From Camelus dromedarius (lineage: Eukaryota): DNA of 64,000 nt. Position 1 is the stretch's first letter, and each line of letters starts with the position of its first letter. The translations under genes and the position numbers were made by a program. The DNA lies in NCBI RefSeq assembly GCF_036321535.1, contig NC_087447.1:23250001-23314000 (forward strand), read 5' to 3'. Shown piece by piece: positions 10,379-22,642 of the stretch. Below the pieces are notes generated by a model that searched no databases, had not been told where the DNA came from, and saw only the letters and a program-made list of their open reading frames with translations.

Positions 10379-11984
10379 CTGAAGGAATTAAATCGGGGTG
10401 ATTACTTGATTTCCTAACTACTACCTGAGGGTGGTTTATGGTCTAGAGACAAATTATTCTTCTATTCAAACTTGAATAAGAGGAACTGAAGTAGATTATC
10501 ATTTCTCCAAAAGAGCATTCCGAGAAGTAACTGGTTTTCCCTGAAGGGCCGAGTTATAATAAGAGCTGTGATTTTTGTTCTTTTTTGCTGAGTCTGGAAG
10601 GACGCTAAATGAGCACATGATGGGCTTCCCAAGCCTTGCAGAGAGAGAAGTCTAACCCCTGTGTGACTTGTCCCGTTCCATACACATGATGTGACACGTG
10701 GAGACGAGACAAAGTGCACTGGTTCAGGAGCCATTGTGTTACATCCTCCTTACTTGGCAAAATAATTTTCTTTACAGCCCTCTTCCCTCATTTGCTCCTC
10801 TTTTGCTTTACAAAATGAAGGTACAAATAAAACACAAAATCATCATTCAATAATCTCTAGATGGAGGCCACAGGAATATTCTAGGGCAAGAAATAAGAAG
10901 CAGTGGATGTCAGTGAATCATTCTTCCCATAAACACAAGCAGGAGATGTCTTTGGAATGTGACATGTACAATGTTGAGCAGTACAGTTTTCACTGACAAT
11001 AGTTACGGAAGCTGTTTCTAATAATTATCACCAATCAGTTCTGCTGAAATAACAAGTTCTGGGTGAAAGAGTGGTCACACAACCCATAAACACCATCACC
11101 ACTGCTGGTTCGATTTGAAGTCCACCCACACTGCTACCTCGGGGGAGATATAATCAGTCCCAAATCACCCCAGAGGGAAACACTGGACCATCAGGCACCC
11201 ACCTGTGCATTGTAGCCTTTACATACAAAAAGAAAAGGACAAAACGTGGCTGACTCCATTATCCCAGATTTCAAAAAAGAAAGGCTAGCTAAGTCAAATC
11301 AAAACCCCAAGTGGATATTCTTCCAGAAAAAGTCCTGCCTGTTGATGGTCCCTAGACACTCTTGTTCAGCTTCTTGTTGATAAGTGGAATCCTTTAAGAG
11401 GTATCACACCATTCCATGGTTGAAGCCATTTATAATGTTCCTGACATGATCAATTTAATGGAACATCTATCTGCTCATCAGTAAGTCACTGGGTATCATA
11501 TTTATTTCTAAATATGCAAGAGTAAATAATAAAATTGTTGGAGCCTTTGAGGTACTTGTTTGGAATGAGTACTCACCAATTTTTGATCTCTAAGATTTCA
11601 CTACCAAAGACAAGTTACATCTTTGGGCCTACAGTGGAAATAGTCATTGAATGCATTACTTCACTCTTTTTAAAACACTGCATTTAGAAGTAAATGGAAA
11701 AGAAATCTTGAAACTGCTCCTCTTCAGAGGAAATGACTTCCAGTCTCAACAGCTTAGGACTAATTCTTCTTTGACTCCCTTGCCAAATTCTCCACCCTCA
11801 ACCAGGACTTCATATCCAGATGAATGTGCATATCACTCTTACCAAGAAAACTAGTTTTTTAAGAAACTTAAAGTTCCTTAGGAAAGCAGACTGGTCAAAA
11901 CTCAAGGGCACATTTCTAGGAGAACAGCCATTTGGCAGCTTTAAAAAACATAATATATATATATAAAAGCTCAGAGGCTATTAC

Positions 11985-12113
11985 CCATCCTTCTTTCTGT
12001 TTGATGACCTCGTTCCATTGGATGTGAGATTGGGTCCAAGATATAAGTCCAGGAACTGTCCTCTTGATGCTGTGTGGTCACTCTTTGATTTGGATGGCTG
12101 TCATGGGCTGAAG
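11985..12113 (-). CDS. CD44: CD44 variant exon v7, 129 nt (138 nt if the upstream TAG is used): ASAHDSHPNQRVTTQHQEDSSWTYILDPISHPMERGHQTERRM
   Basis: Acceptor tcacaacag|CTTCAG, donor GGATGG|gtaata; EDSSWT and PISHPM motifs. Confidence 0.93.
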
Positions 12114-13585
12114 CTGTTGTGACTATGCAGTTCAAGCAAGTGTCAAAATGTTAGTTGACATTTGGCCAAGGATAGACTGATTTTTTTTTTAAAAAAGACT
12201 GTATTCTCAACACAAGACAATGAAACCGTGTTCTAGGTTTAGAGGGCCAGGAAGCAGCATAAATGCAGAATGTCTTAGCAGGTATGGGTTCATTCAGGCT
12301 CATTTTCCTAGCAATCAGCATGTGAACTAGAGGACCCAAAACCATTAGTGACTTCTCTAGTGGGTAGACAATAAGTTATAGACATCAAAGTAAAGATGAA
12401 GGAGCAGTTCTTGACCCATGCCAAGTTGCCACTGTCCCCTAAAGGAGGAAGTGTAAGAGCCCAACACATGATGTCATTCCAAGACAACCACATCCCAGCA
12501 AAACACACATTAGGCCAGCGGTGATTTAGAGAAGGAATCAAGTAACAGCTTCCCATGAGATACACACGAAAGTAAATGCCACTCATCTCAAAAGCATGAA
12601 TGGAATCCATTAGAAGCATTACCTTCTAACAACAGGATTTATGGCACAAGTGACATACAGGAATGAAGCGCATGCTTTTGCTTCCTTCTGAGCCAAGAAG
12701 TATAGGTGGCAACGATGACAAGAATAGCCCCTTAGCAACAACCACACCACACAGCCAGTCACCGAATCCATCGCTCTGCTAGGTATGCATTCAGAAGTTG
12801 CCGTGCACGGGAACAACATTATGCATTACAGTCTATGTTGCAAATGGAAACATGGGAATATTTCTCGCTGACACCAACTAAGAATATGGTATTCACAGTC
12901 TTTAACAAGGCAGGATGCATTTCAGTCTTTCTGTCACACAGACAAAAGAATCACGCATGGGAGCCGGCAGAGCCAAGTTAGCGGGCATCATTTAGAAATT
13001 TGAGTCCAGTCTCCACAATCCCAGAATTCAAGAATAGACAAGAGGTGTTTTCTGTACATCTAAGAAGAAATCATTATATATTCAAGGAGAAATCTCCAAA
13101 CAAACATGGCAAAAGGGCCAAATGACACCAGACAGGTATTTTTCTCAAAATGTCTGGCTCCATTTCCTCAAATACTGGGGTTATGAACAAATGCTTTCTA
13201 ACAAGCCCACTGTTTCATAGAACTATGTTGTAAAGCTGGACCCACATCATAGGGTAGATGCCTTTACAAAGGAAAAGGGAGTGTTTTGTAAGATCAGAGT
13301 CTCTGTTACAGTCTCACTAGGGGATACTCCAAACTAGGTCTGAGAGTGACACCTGCAAGGGCATGTTTCCTGTGTTTCCCTTCTGTGCCTGAATCCATTG
13401 CTCTTCACGGAATTTGCTACGAGAGTTTAAGGGTTGGCTCTGCGCCGACGGCATCATCATTGATGAAGGAACCTTAACATCTTGGGACAGTCCCTTCAAA
13501 GTCTTCTTGTTCACTGCCCTCAATGCCCAACATTTAACCCAAGAGGAAGTTTTCACCCAAATTTGCCTGTTAAACCATCCATTAC

Positions 13586-13714
13586 CAGCTGTCCCTGCTG
13601 TTGAATGAGAGTCTTCCTTTGGTGTTTGGGGATATTCCCCAGGCCGTTCATTCTCGAGCCACTGCTCTTTCTGGATAGCTGTTTCTTCTGTTGTACTACT
13701 AGGGGTTGCCCAGG
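13586..13714 (-). CDS. CD44: CD44 variant exon v6, 129 nt: xWATPSSTTEETAIQKEQWLENERPGEYPQTPKEDSHSTAGTA
   Basis: Acceptor ttcttctcacag|CCTGG, donor CAGCTG|gtaatg; ATPSSTTEETA and QKEQW motifs. Confidence 0.96.
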
Positions 13715-16545
13715 CTGTGAGAAGAATGTCAATTGTGAGCCATTATTGTTCAGTTAATTTCCTTACCAACATATATCTTTCTACCCTGAGAGCACATACA
13801 CGTAGGAGAGAAGGTAGAAGAGGAAAGGAGTAAGGAGCGAGACCACTGATACACTGAAAGTAGTATCAGAAATCAAATGGTCCAAGACTTTGATTTTTCA
13901 GATGGGAAAACTAGAGCCCAAAGAAGTTCTGATTTGCTCAAAATCATATAGTCAGACTGGTACAAACTTAGGACTAGACCATGATCTATGAATTCCCAGT
14001 ATTATTCATATTTTACTAGAGTCTGTGGACTCATATATCCTGTCTGAGAAAACCCTTTGTTCAAAAAATTAACTTCTTGTCTCCAGGGATTTGGGGGGAG
14101 GAATATATTATATAAGAATCAATGACAAGACCAGCCTAGTGGGAAGCCTTCTCTCAAATGGTGGCCACATGACTCATAACCACACACACTGGAAACGCAC
14201 CAGCAGTGGATCTGCCCAGCATGAAAGATGCTGGGAACGGCTGGGATGCTACTCCGCTGACATATTACGAGGTTATGTCTATGGAGCATCCAAAACTGCC
14301 AAAATTACTTTTTAACAAAAGTAATTCAGTGGAAGAAAACTTCTCTAGCCAGTGTTTGGCATTTATATAAACAACAGCAGTGTAGGACAGGCTTAAAATT
14401 TCAAACACTCAGGGTTGCAATTGTTCAGTTTTAAAAAGGACAAAATGAATGAAGTAAAATTGTATCAGGGTGCCTTTGGGAAAAATCAGAAAGCCACTGA
14501 CATTTTCATCTATAGCAACTAATAGTAAATTTTTGGTTCATCGAGAAAATGAAAGTGTATAACACAGCAATGATATCTCGATAAAAAAAAGAAAAGAAAA
14601 TGAGTGTGTAAACTTGCCAATTCGAAGTATGTTTTGCAACTTGTAAAACTGGTTGTATTTCATTATTTTAGAAAATGATATACGTGACTTGATAATAGCA
14701 AAGACTTAAAAAAAATAAAATGTATTGTCCTCGTTTTACCCTTGCATTGGCCAAAACATTCCTGGGGTTAACTGGTTATCCAGAGGGATAAAGAAAGAAA
14801 AGAAAGGAAAAGAAAGAAACAAACTCTTAAATTTTACCTCCCACTGACTAAATCACTACCTCCTGACAATAATGAAGTTAGAAGAAACACTGGGTGTGAT
14901 TACAAAAAAAAAAAGAAAAATTTAGCCAAACATAGATTGCCTACTTAAAGCTTAAAAAAAAAGAAAGAAAAATAAAACAAACCAAAAAATGCATGCGCAC
15001 ACACACACCCCACCACTGCTCTATACTTCTTTTACCACTGTCTTTATAAACACAATGATCCTTTAAAGATCCAGTAATCTTCTGTTGCTTTCAACATATG
15101 GGTTAGCAGGGTATAGGACTTCCATTGTAAATATGAAGGTTGGATCTCTTCTAGAAGTTGTGATGTTCTTTGGATAAAGCCCAGAGCTCACCAATCAGAA
15201 TCTCTTTGTTTTGAGAGTCCTGATAATAGACCTGCCGTAGCAGCTACTGCTTCCCCTCTGCTCAGTTCTGTGTTGTCCCGTATTTCAACTACCCTCCAGT
15301 AATCATGCCCCTTCCCCACAACTTTTGGCAATAGGCTTATGAATTCCAAGCCTCCTAAATAGTTTTCTGCTTTTTAAGTACAAACTGTCTAAAATAATTT
15401 CTAAGATATACTGTTAGGACCCAAAGGGATGGGTACAGAATCCCATTCTGAAGAGACCTCTGCTTCTTAATTTTTTCTTCTATCGAAAGACTCTTGTTAA
15501 CTCACCTCGTAAACCTCATGCGTGTATCAAATCTATTAGGGTAAATAATGAGACGTAGGCCTGTTGGGCGTAATCAATACAATGCCCAAGACTTATTAAC
15601 CTATTCAGTCCTAGCTGATGTCTGAGACATTTCTTTTGTTGTCTGAGGACATCCTCAATCATGGATTCCCAAACTCTTTTGGCTTCTAAGTGATTATTTC
15701 TTACATTTCTGCTTTAGGAGTATTCCAGGCTATGAGAATGATCGTTGAACCATAATTTTAAGCATGCTACGAGCTATTATCCTAAGCTAAATCTTCTTTT
15801 ATTCCAAACATCATAAGCATCTCCCTGAGAGGTAGATTTAAAAAAAAGAAGAGTATAAACTTCTTATTTCTTTTTTTGTTCTATCCTCATAGTCCAGCAG
15901 TGAGACCTGAAATTGTTTTAGGAAACCTGAGATGTTTGCACATAAGTAGGAATAACAGCATCAAAGCCTTCCCCAAGAGTTACCATGGGCTTAAAAACAG
16001 AAAAAAAAACAGTCATGGAATTCAAATGCAGACCATCTGAGCTACTAACGTTCCTCCAAGGGGTACAAGGGGTGCCTTTCTACAATGCAGTGAGGAACAG
16101 AATGTGAAAAAGAAACTGGATTCATCAAAGATATTCATAGAAAGTAAAGATTTCAAAGATCATTGCACTTTTCATGTTTTCTTTCCAGGTCCCACTACAG
16201 GCATCAAAAGAACACACATCATACACTTCCATGAAAACACACAGATTACCCAGATGGAAACTCTGGGAATCTTTAACACAGATTCTTCAAATATCTCACA
16301 TATTTTTAAACATTTTAACTTTTTAGACATTTTGGCCATTTAGGCAATCTGATAAGTTAGCATTTTTCCCCAAAATTCTAAGAAATTGGGCGCATATTTG
16401 GCAGCTTTTCATGCTCTGGGGATAAGAAAAGTTATTGTGTGGAAATAGAAGATGTAGCCAGTGTCTGCACAAGAGTCTTCCCTATTCTTTGGAATGACTT
16501 CCCTAACTCATCTCAGCCAGGACTGCTGACCACCATCCTTCTTAC

Positions 16546-16653
16546 GTGTGCCTGTAGAATGCTGGGTCTCCTCTTCATCATGGTGACTCAAAGACGAGTG
16601 TGGCGTCTGGGTCCACTTTTCTCCATAAGCACTGGTGCTACTTCTGTCCACAT
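16546..16653 (-). CDS. CD44: CD44 variant exon v5, 108 nt: DVDRSSTSAYGEKWTQTPHSSLSHHDEEETQHSTGT
   Basis: Acceptor catcacgacag|ATGTGG, donor GCACAC|gtaaga; open frame. Confidence 0.95.
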
Positions 16654-17125
16654 CTGTCGTGATGATGGTTATACACATAGTGACTTTTTATCAACCAACT
16701 TTTGATGATTCTGTTCTTCCACTAAAGTACATGACCTCTAATGGTCCTGTGCCTAAATGGTACCTCTGAGCATCTACCTTCAATGCTTTTGAGTGACTTC
16801 ACTCATCTCTCCCAAGGGAAAACCAACGGGCATGGACTTTCTTAATGTTTACCTTTTATTCCACTATAACCATTTTGTCAAGGGCAGTATCACAAACCAT
16901 TTAAATGCATTCATTTTTAAAATGAAGAACATAAACTATCCTGTACTCAGATGATATAATTGATAAATGACTCCTAAGTTGACCTGAGTATCCTCATGAA
17001 AGTTCACTAAAAATTTGTGATGAGATATTAACTAAATTTCCCCCTGTGTCCCGATGATTGATCTTTGCAACATCAAAGACTTTGAGGGAAAAAAAATATT
17101 TAATTAAGTATGCATAACCCATTAC

Positions 17126-17239
17126 CAGTCATCCTTGTGGTTGTCTGAAGCGATACTTCTGGATTTGAATGGCCTGGGCTCCATTGGGTCCAATCCTGGT
17201 TCTGTTGTGGGTGGTTAAAAACCCAGGGTGTAGTTGAAA
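17126..17239 (-). CDS. CD44: CD44 variant exon v4, 114 nt: xSTTPWVFNHPQQNQDWTQWSPGHSNPEVSLQTTTRMT
   Basis: Acceptor cattatcacag|TTTC, donor ATGACTG|gtaatg; QNQDWTQW and HSNPEV motifs. Confidence 0.96.
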
Positions 17240-19423
17240 CTGTGATAATGATGATTGAAGTAATTAGGAAAATGTTATTTCTGGAGCTTACTCTGGAGTT
17301 CACCACTTGCTTTGCACATTACTCCCTTCTTTAGTCTATAAAGTAAGTCATCTATACCAGGTGGTATAGACGGTTAAGTAGAAATGCCGGGAAAGCAGAG
17401 AGTTCCTTCAGCTTGATTCAGCCATACTGTTAAGCATCTCAGTGTCCTTTGCATTCTGTCAGAGAATACGCTGGGGTCAGAACATGAGATCTTCTGGAGA
17501 AAGCAGCCAAAGAAGCTGCAGCAGGAGGAAGAAGAGCTTTGAAAACACCAGCCCTCCACCGAGGATAACCAAAGGCATCAGAGCTTTGCCCATCCATGCA
17601 GTCTGCAAGTACCCTCTGCACTTGAAAGCCCAGGGAATTCATATCACTGGCAAGTGAGCAACACGGAGATCCACTGGCTGAAGCGTAGACACCTGGAAGT
17701 TATACCACGATGACCACTTCACTTCATTAGCAGTTTTGGTGGGGAAAGAAACACCATGAGCAGCCAGAGCTTTCCTAGAGATGAGTCCAAGAAAGAATAG
17801 CTACCTAGAACAGCCATATGACTCAGCTATACATTTCTGAATATTTATCAAACGCTTACAGTATTCTCACCAAAAACAAAGCATTTCACAAGCAAGCCAT
17901 TCATAGCCAATGAAAGAAAACAGAGACGCATACATTCAGTAGAAAAACACCGTTAAGTAACCAACCACCATCCGCAGAAGCTCCCGGAAACTAAAAAGTG
18001 GCGTCCATCCACCAGGGCCCTGATGCTGTCACCCAAAACAGTAGAGCTGGAGTAAGAGATGCACCTGGCAAAACCACGACGAAATCAGAATCTTTGTCTT
18101 TTGTGAAGGGTTATTTGTAAATCCATCCTAATTCTTTCCAACTTTTATTTTGATGCCCAGATAATACAAAACTCTTTTCAGAACTATAATACTTTCAGCT
18201 CTATTTCACAAATTAATGAAGTCAGGTTTAGAGCCATTAACCACATTCTCAGTAAGCATGAGAAAGTGGCAGTTATCACACCCCAACAGAAAAAAGTCGG
18301 GCATCCTGCTGAATTACGTGCACAGGTGCCAAGAAGAAAAGTGAGCTAAAATTGGAAAATATGCCACAGAGATGAGAAAATATCAAGGGAAGTTTTCCCC
18401 TGGTGTATAAGCATATGTTTTATTTTCAGCTTGATCTGTTTGGCTTACCACCCAAGAGTTTAGTTTCTCAGATATCAAGACCACATCTTTACGATGGCCC
18501 CACCTAGAAGATGCGGCCACATTCCGAACTCAGGAGACAGTATAAATCTCCAGTGTTTGGGGTTATTTGGTTTTCTTTCTGAAGTTACTAAAGATAGTTT
18601 CCTTGTTCCCTAGACTAAGCTCTGCGGAGATGTCCAGCTGAAGGATATACTCCCTAAAAGCTTAGATATAAAGCATTTAGTTCATCTCCAGTATTTATTG
18701 TTATCGATGTCCTCCATTCAGATGCACTTGGGCTTAAGCTCTTCCTTTGGAGCCCTCCCTCCTGGGGTGCTGACCTCTTGGGAATGAAACTCTCAAGTTT
18801 CAATAGAATGGACAGAATTTCAATGACCTGAGAGAGCTCACATAGCACCCCAAAGGTACACCTTCTCTGAAAAAAAAAAAAAAAAAAGGAGAGCTGTAAT
18901 AAAATCAGGCTCAAGATTCTCATCTCTGTTCAGTAATATCTTAGATCATTACAGGCATGAACAGGAAACTCAGTCATCTGGTAGAATATTAGATGAATCT
19001 TTGAATTTTTAAGGGGATATTTCAGCTCAATTTCAGTCCCTGCTCTCAAAAAGTTTTATAATTGCCACCAATTTGGGTACCATTAGGCAGTGGTTTCACT
19101 ATTTGTCTTTAAGAATTGGCCCTGTTTTGTTGTAGCTCAGCTTTAACACTTAAACCAAACAGGAAGAACATGAGGTATTAGGAATTGCATAAAAGACATT
19201 TTTCCCACTTCTCCTCCAAATACGTTTTGGCTTCCATTAAAAAAAAAACACAAACAAAGAGCAGTTTCTTCCTCTACAGTCTCATCAAAGTATAACTAAT
19301 GTATAGGCTTATGTTCATTTTTCATATTAACTGTTTCCCAAGATTGGAAATCACTACTGGGCATCAATCGGATTAATCGATACATCTGGCAGGAATGGTT
19401 CTACTGGAATGGATTATTCTTAC

Positions 19424-19549
19424 TGGTGCTGGAGAGAAAATCTTCATCATCATCAATGCCTGATCCAGAATAACTGGGCTGTTTGTCTCTTTCATCTTCA
19501 TTTTCTTCAGTTGGCTCCCAGCCTGCTGAGATGATATTTGAATCCGTAC
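19424..19549 (-). CDS. CD44: CD44 variant exon v3, 126 nt, heparan-sulfate exon: GTDSNIISAGWEPTEENEDERDKQPSYSGSGIDDDEDFLSST
   Basis: Acceptor accacaacag|GTACGG, donor GCACCA|gtaaga; SGSG glycosaminoglycan attachment motif with acidic flanks is intact. Confidence 0.97.
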
Positions 19550-20173
19550 CTGTTGTGGTGACTTGCGTTAGTGGCTGAGCTGGATGCCAAGCAACCCATT
19601 TGACAAAGGAAGAAAATCAGGCTCAGAATGTATAACGGAATTCCCAAGATTATAAGAAAAAAAGTGAGACATTTGACTTGTACAACCCAAATGCTCATAG
19701 TCTGGTCTCTGAAGCTAATATAGAGATCCTAAAACAATTAGCGAGGATCTTTCCAATTGAACACTCTCATTAAGGAAGTTAAAAGAATAAATGTGGACAA
19801 AACCCCACCAAAGAGGTAAAAGAAAAAAAAAAGCCAATAAACACTCCCCCATGCTTTCAGATGCATTTATTATTAACTTGTGAAGCCTATGCCATTAAAG
19901 CTAGAATGTCAAGAATAGAACGAAAAGATTTCACACATGCCTATTGGTTTTGTCAAGCCACCTTTAGAAAAATCTTGGAATCTAAACCCATGCCAATCAT
20001 TTCTAAAACCCGTTAGTTGTATTCACAATGGGCCAATTCACTTTTTGGTCTTCTCCAGCACCCAGTCTCTGTAGCTCTGAATGCAAACGAAAGCTACACT
20101 GCAGTTTCCTGTAACACTTCCGCATATAGCGGGAAAAAAAAAGTTAGTCAATCAACAGAAAAACCATGCCTGG

Positions 20174-20428
20174 TTGTGGTTACCAGGGAGGTGGAGGGTG
20201 GGAAGGGATAGACTGGGATTTCAAAATTGTAGAATACATAAACAAGACTACACTGTATAGCACAGGGAAATATACACAAAATGTTATGATAACTCACAGA
20301 GAAAAAAATGTGACAATGAGTGTGTATATGTCCATGAATGACTGAAAAATTGTGCTGAACACTGGAATTTGACACAACATTGTAAAATGATTATAAATCA
20401 ATAAAAAATGTTAAAAAACAAAAAAACA
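20174..20428 (+). mobile_element. 5'-truncated young L1 3' end with exact 15-bp TSD
   Basis: L1 3'UTR (ggttaccaggg...ctgtatagcacagggaaat...gacacaacattgtaaaatga), A-rich tail, TSD aaaaaccatgcctgg at 20159-20173 and 20429-20443. Confidence 0.92.
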
Positions 20429-21084
20429 AAAAACCATGCCTGGCATTTATTAGTTAACCAAAAGGGTTGACTAAAGTGGACTGTAGCCAGTATTGGGGGA
20501 AATGTTCACTTTTCCCCTTTTGGATGCAGTCAGTCATAGGCAAGGAAGTGGAAAGCCTCCACCTCTTCTCAGTGGTTACTCAGTGGTCAATCTCCCTTTA
20601 CCTTTAAGAAAAAGGGGTTTTCTACATTTCGAATGAGACTCATGCTATCTTTTGGAATGACCACTTGCATTTTCATACTATGAGTATCTATCCCAAGAAC
20701 AGTCTCACTGTTGGAGGTTTTCTGTGTTTTGTTAGCTCTAGCTATGCTACTTTATTTTCTCATAAAAAGTCAAGAACGTTTCATGACTTCAATCGTTTTA
20801 GAATATCTTTCAGAATCGAAATTTTGTTCTGTCTTTGAGAAAGACCTAGCGCCTTTTTAGCAGCCCCCTTATTAGCCTCCTCCCAAGACACATAGAAGAA
20901 ATGTGCTTATGAGTGTTACAAAATCAAACATAAATCATAATGCGCATGATCCTTCTAAAGTCATCAAAAACATTTATGAAACCAGAATGGACTTTAGACT
21001 TTGACAACATCCCCGAGGTCAACAAGAATTACTGAAGACTGTCAAGAAAACATACGAAATGAGATGATAATAATAACTCATTAC

Positions 21085-21213
21085 CAGCCGTTACTGTTGT
21101 TGTGTCAAGATGACTCTTGGAATCTGATGGCTGAAACCACCATGAAAACCAGTCCTGGGCTTCTTGCCTCTCGGTTGCTGTTTTGGAAGTTGTACCACTA
21201 GTGATCATCAGAG
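21085..21213 (-). CDS. CD44: CD44 variant exon v2, 129 nt: xLMITSGTTSKTATERQEAQDWFSWWFQPSDSKSHLDTTTVTA
   Basis: Acceptor atcacaacag|CTCTG, donor GGCTG|gtaatg; RQE--DWFSW motif. Confidence 0.96.
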
Positions 21214-22642
21214 CTGTTGTGATCATAATTGAATTGAGTGTGGAAAGGTTAATTATCAGTTCCTAAGAAACAGCACTGTATATGCTTTCACTCTTTTACT
21301 GCTCAAGTGTCATCTCTACTTGATATCGACGGCGAAAGAAAAGGAAGAGGCACAGATGTTCCATTTCTTTCAGAGGCCCAAGCTGGGATTCACAGAATGT
21401 CAGAGATGGAAAGACCTTAAATATCTGGTTCGTGCTCCTCATATGGACAGACTTTGACTTGTTAAAAAGGTTAAACAAGACAGAGGTCTTGAGGAAAACA
21501 TGAGAACTGTCTTTGAATTTTGAAAGGCTCTGACGTAAATCAGGGATTACATTTTTATCTGTGCTCCCCAAATGCCAAACAAGGACCGCTGGTGAGAATT
21601 TCAAGGGGATGAATATTCTTCCAGATGTTGGATTTAAAAAGGTAATCAATCATCTGAACCATCCAATAGTGAGCTTTTGCATAAAGTATTACATTCCCTA
21701 CCATCGGAAAGATCACTTAGCAGGAAAATATTATGTGTAAGACATTAACAAAAGATCAGAAATGCTGATTGAACTAGACCATTTAAGATCCTCTCCAAAT
21801 CTGAGCATCCATGATTCCAAAACCCAGCTCTTCAGAGTCCTAGCCTTTTGTCTTCTACATACTCCATCTTGGCCAACCAATATCATCTCCAATAATTTAG
21901 GGTATGATATTTCTGCCAGCAGTCCCAGACACAAAGCCCCAGCAACCCGAAACACGTGGAAGAAGGACACGGGAAATGGAAGACTGAAAAAGATGCTGTT
22001 CCACTTTTCTCCATTTAGCATCCAAATCCTCTAGCAGCCTTGCCCATGGTCACTTTTACATCAGCACTAGATTTTGCAAAGCAGAACAGAATATTCTGAG
22101 TCCCAGTCTTTGAAAACAGAATAATCAATCAGGCAAGACAGAGAAGAATTGAGCCCATGATCGCATGAACAAGACAAGAAGCAAGAGTCTTGGTTGGAAA
22201 GCTTCCAAACACTGCCATTTCTGCAACCAGGATGTCCATCAGAGGAAGAGTAGAGAATAGTAGATAACAAACTGAGAAAAAGTTCAAGGAGAGAAGCTGG
22301 AGCCATTATTACACCCAAATACAAAAGTAAAGTAAGTTAGATTTCTTTTTCCAGCTATCAAGAAAGCCCAGAAATAGCCCAAGATGAAGTACTGACAAGA
22401 AGACTTTCTCCTTCACAGTGTTTGTCCTATGAAGATATGCATTGTAAACTTTTTAAAATAGCATTTCTTTATTCTGCAGGCAATCTCTCTCCCTCTTTTC
22501 AGCATCATCTTAATCACTATGATATGTAATCATAACATCACATCAGCACTATTTTCCTTACAGAAGTATTTGTCCAAATAAAAAATACAGTTTATTCAAT
22601 GTCTTATAAGCTAAGCAAATGTAGAGGATCATTTAAAAATAT

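Noticed and set aside
13768-13853. Acceptor/donor pair (tttcag|...TTG|gtaagg) just upstream of v6
   Set aside because: It would leave only a 53-nt intron before v6, below the usual minimum.
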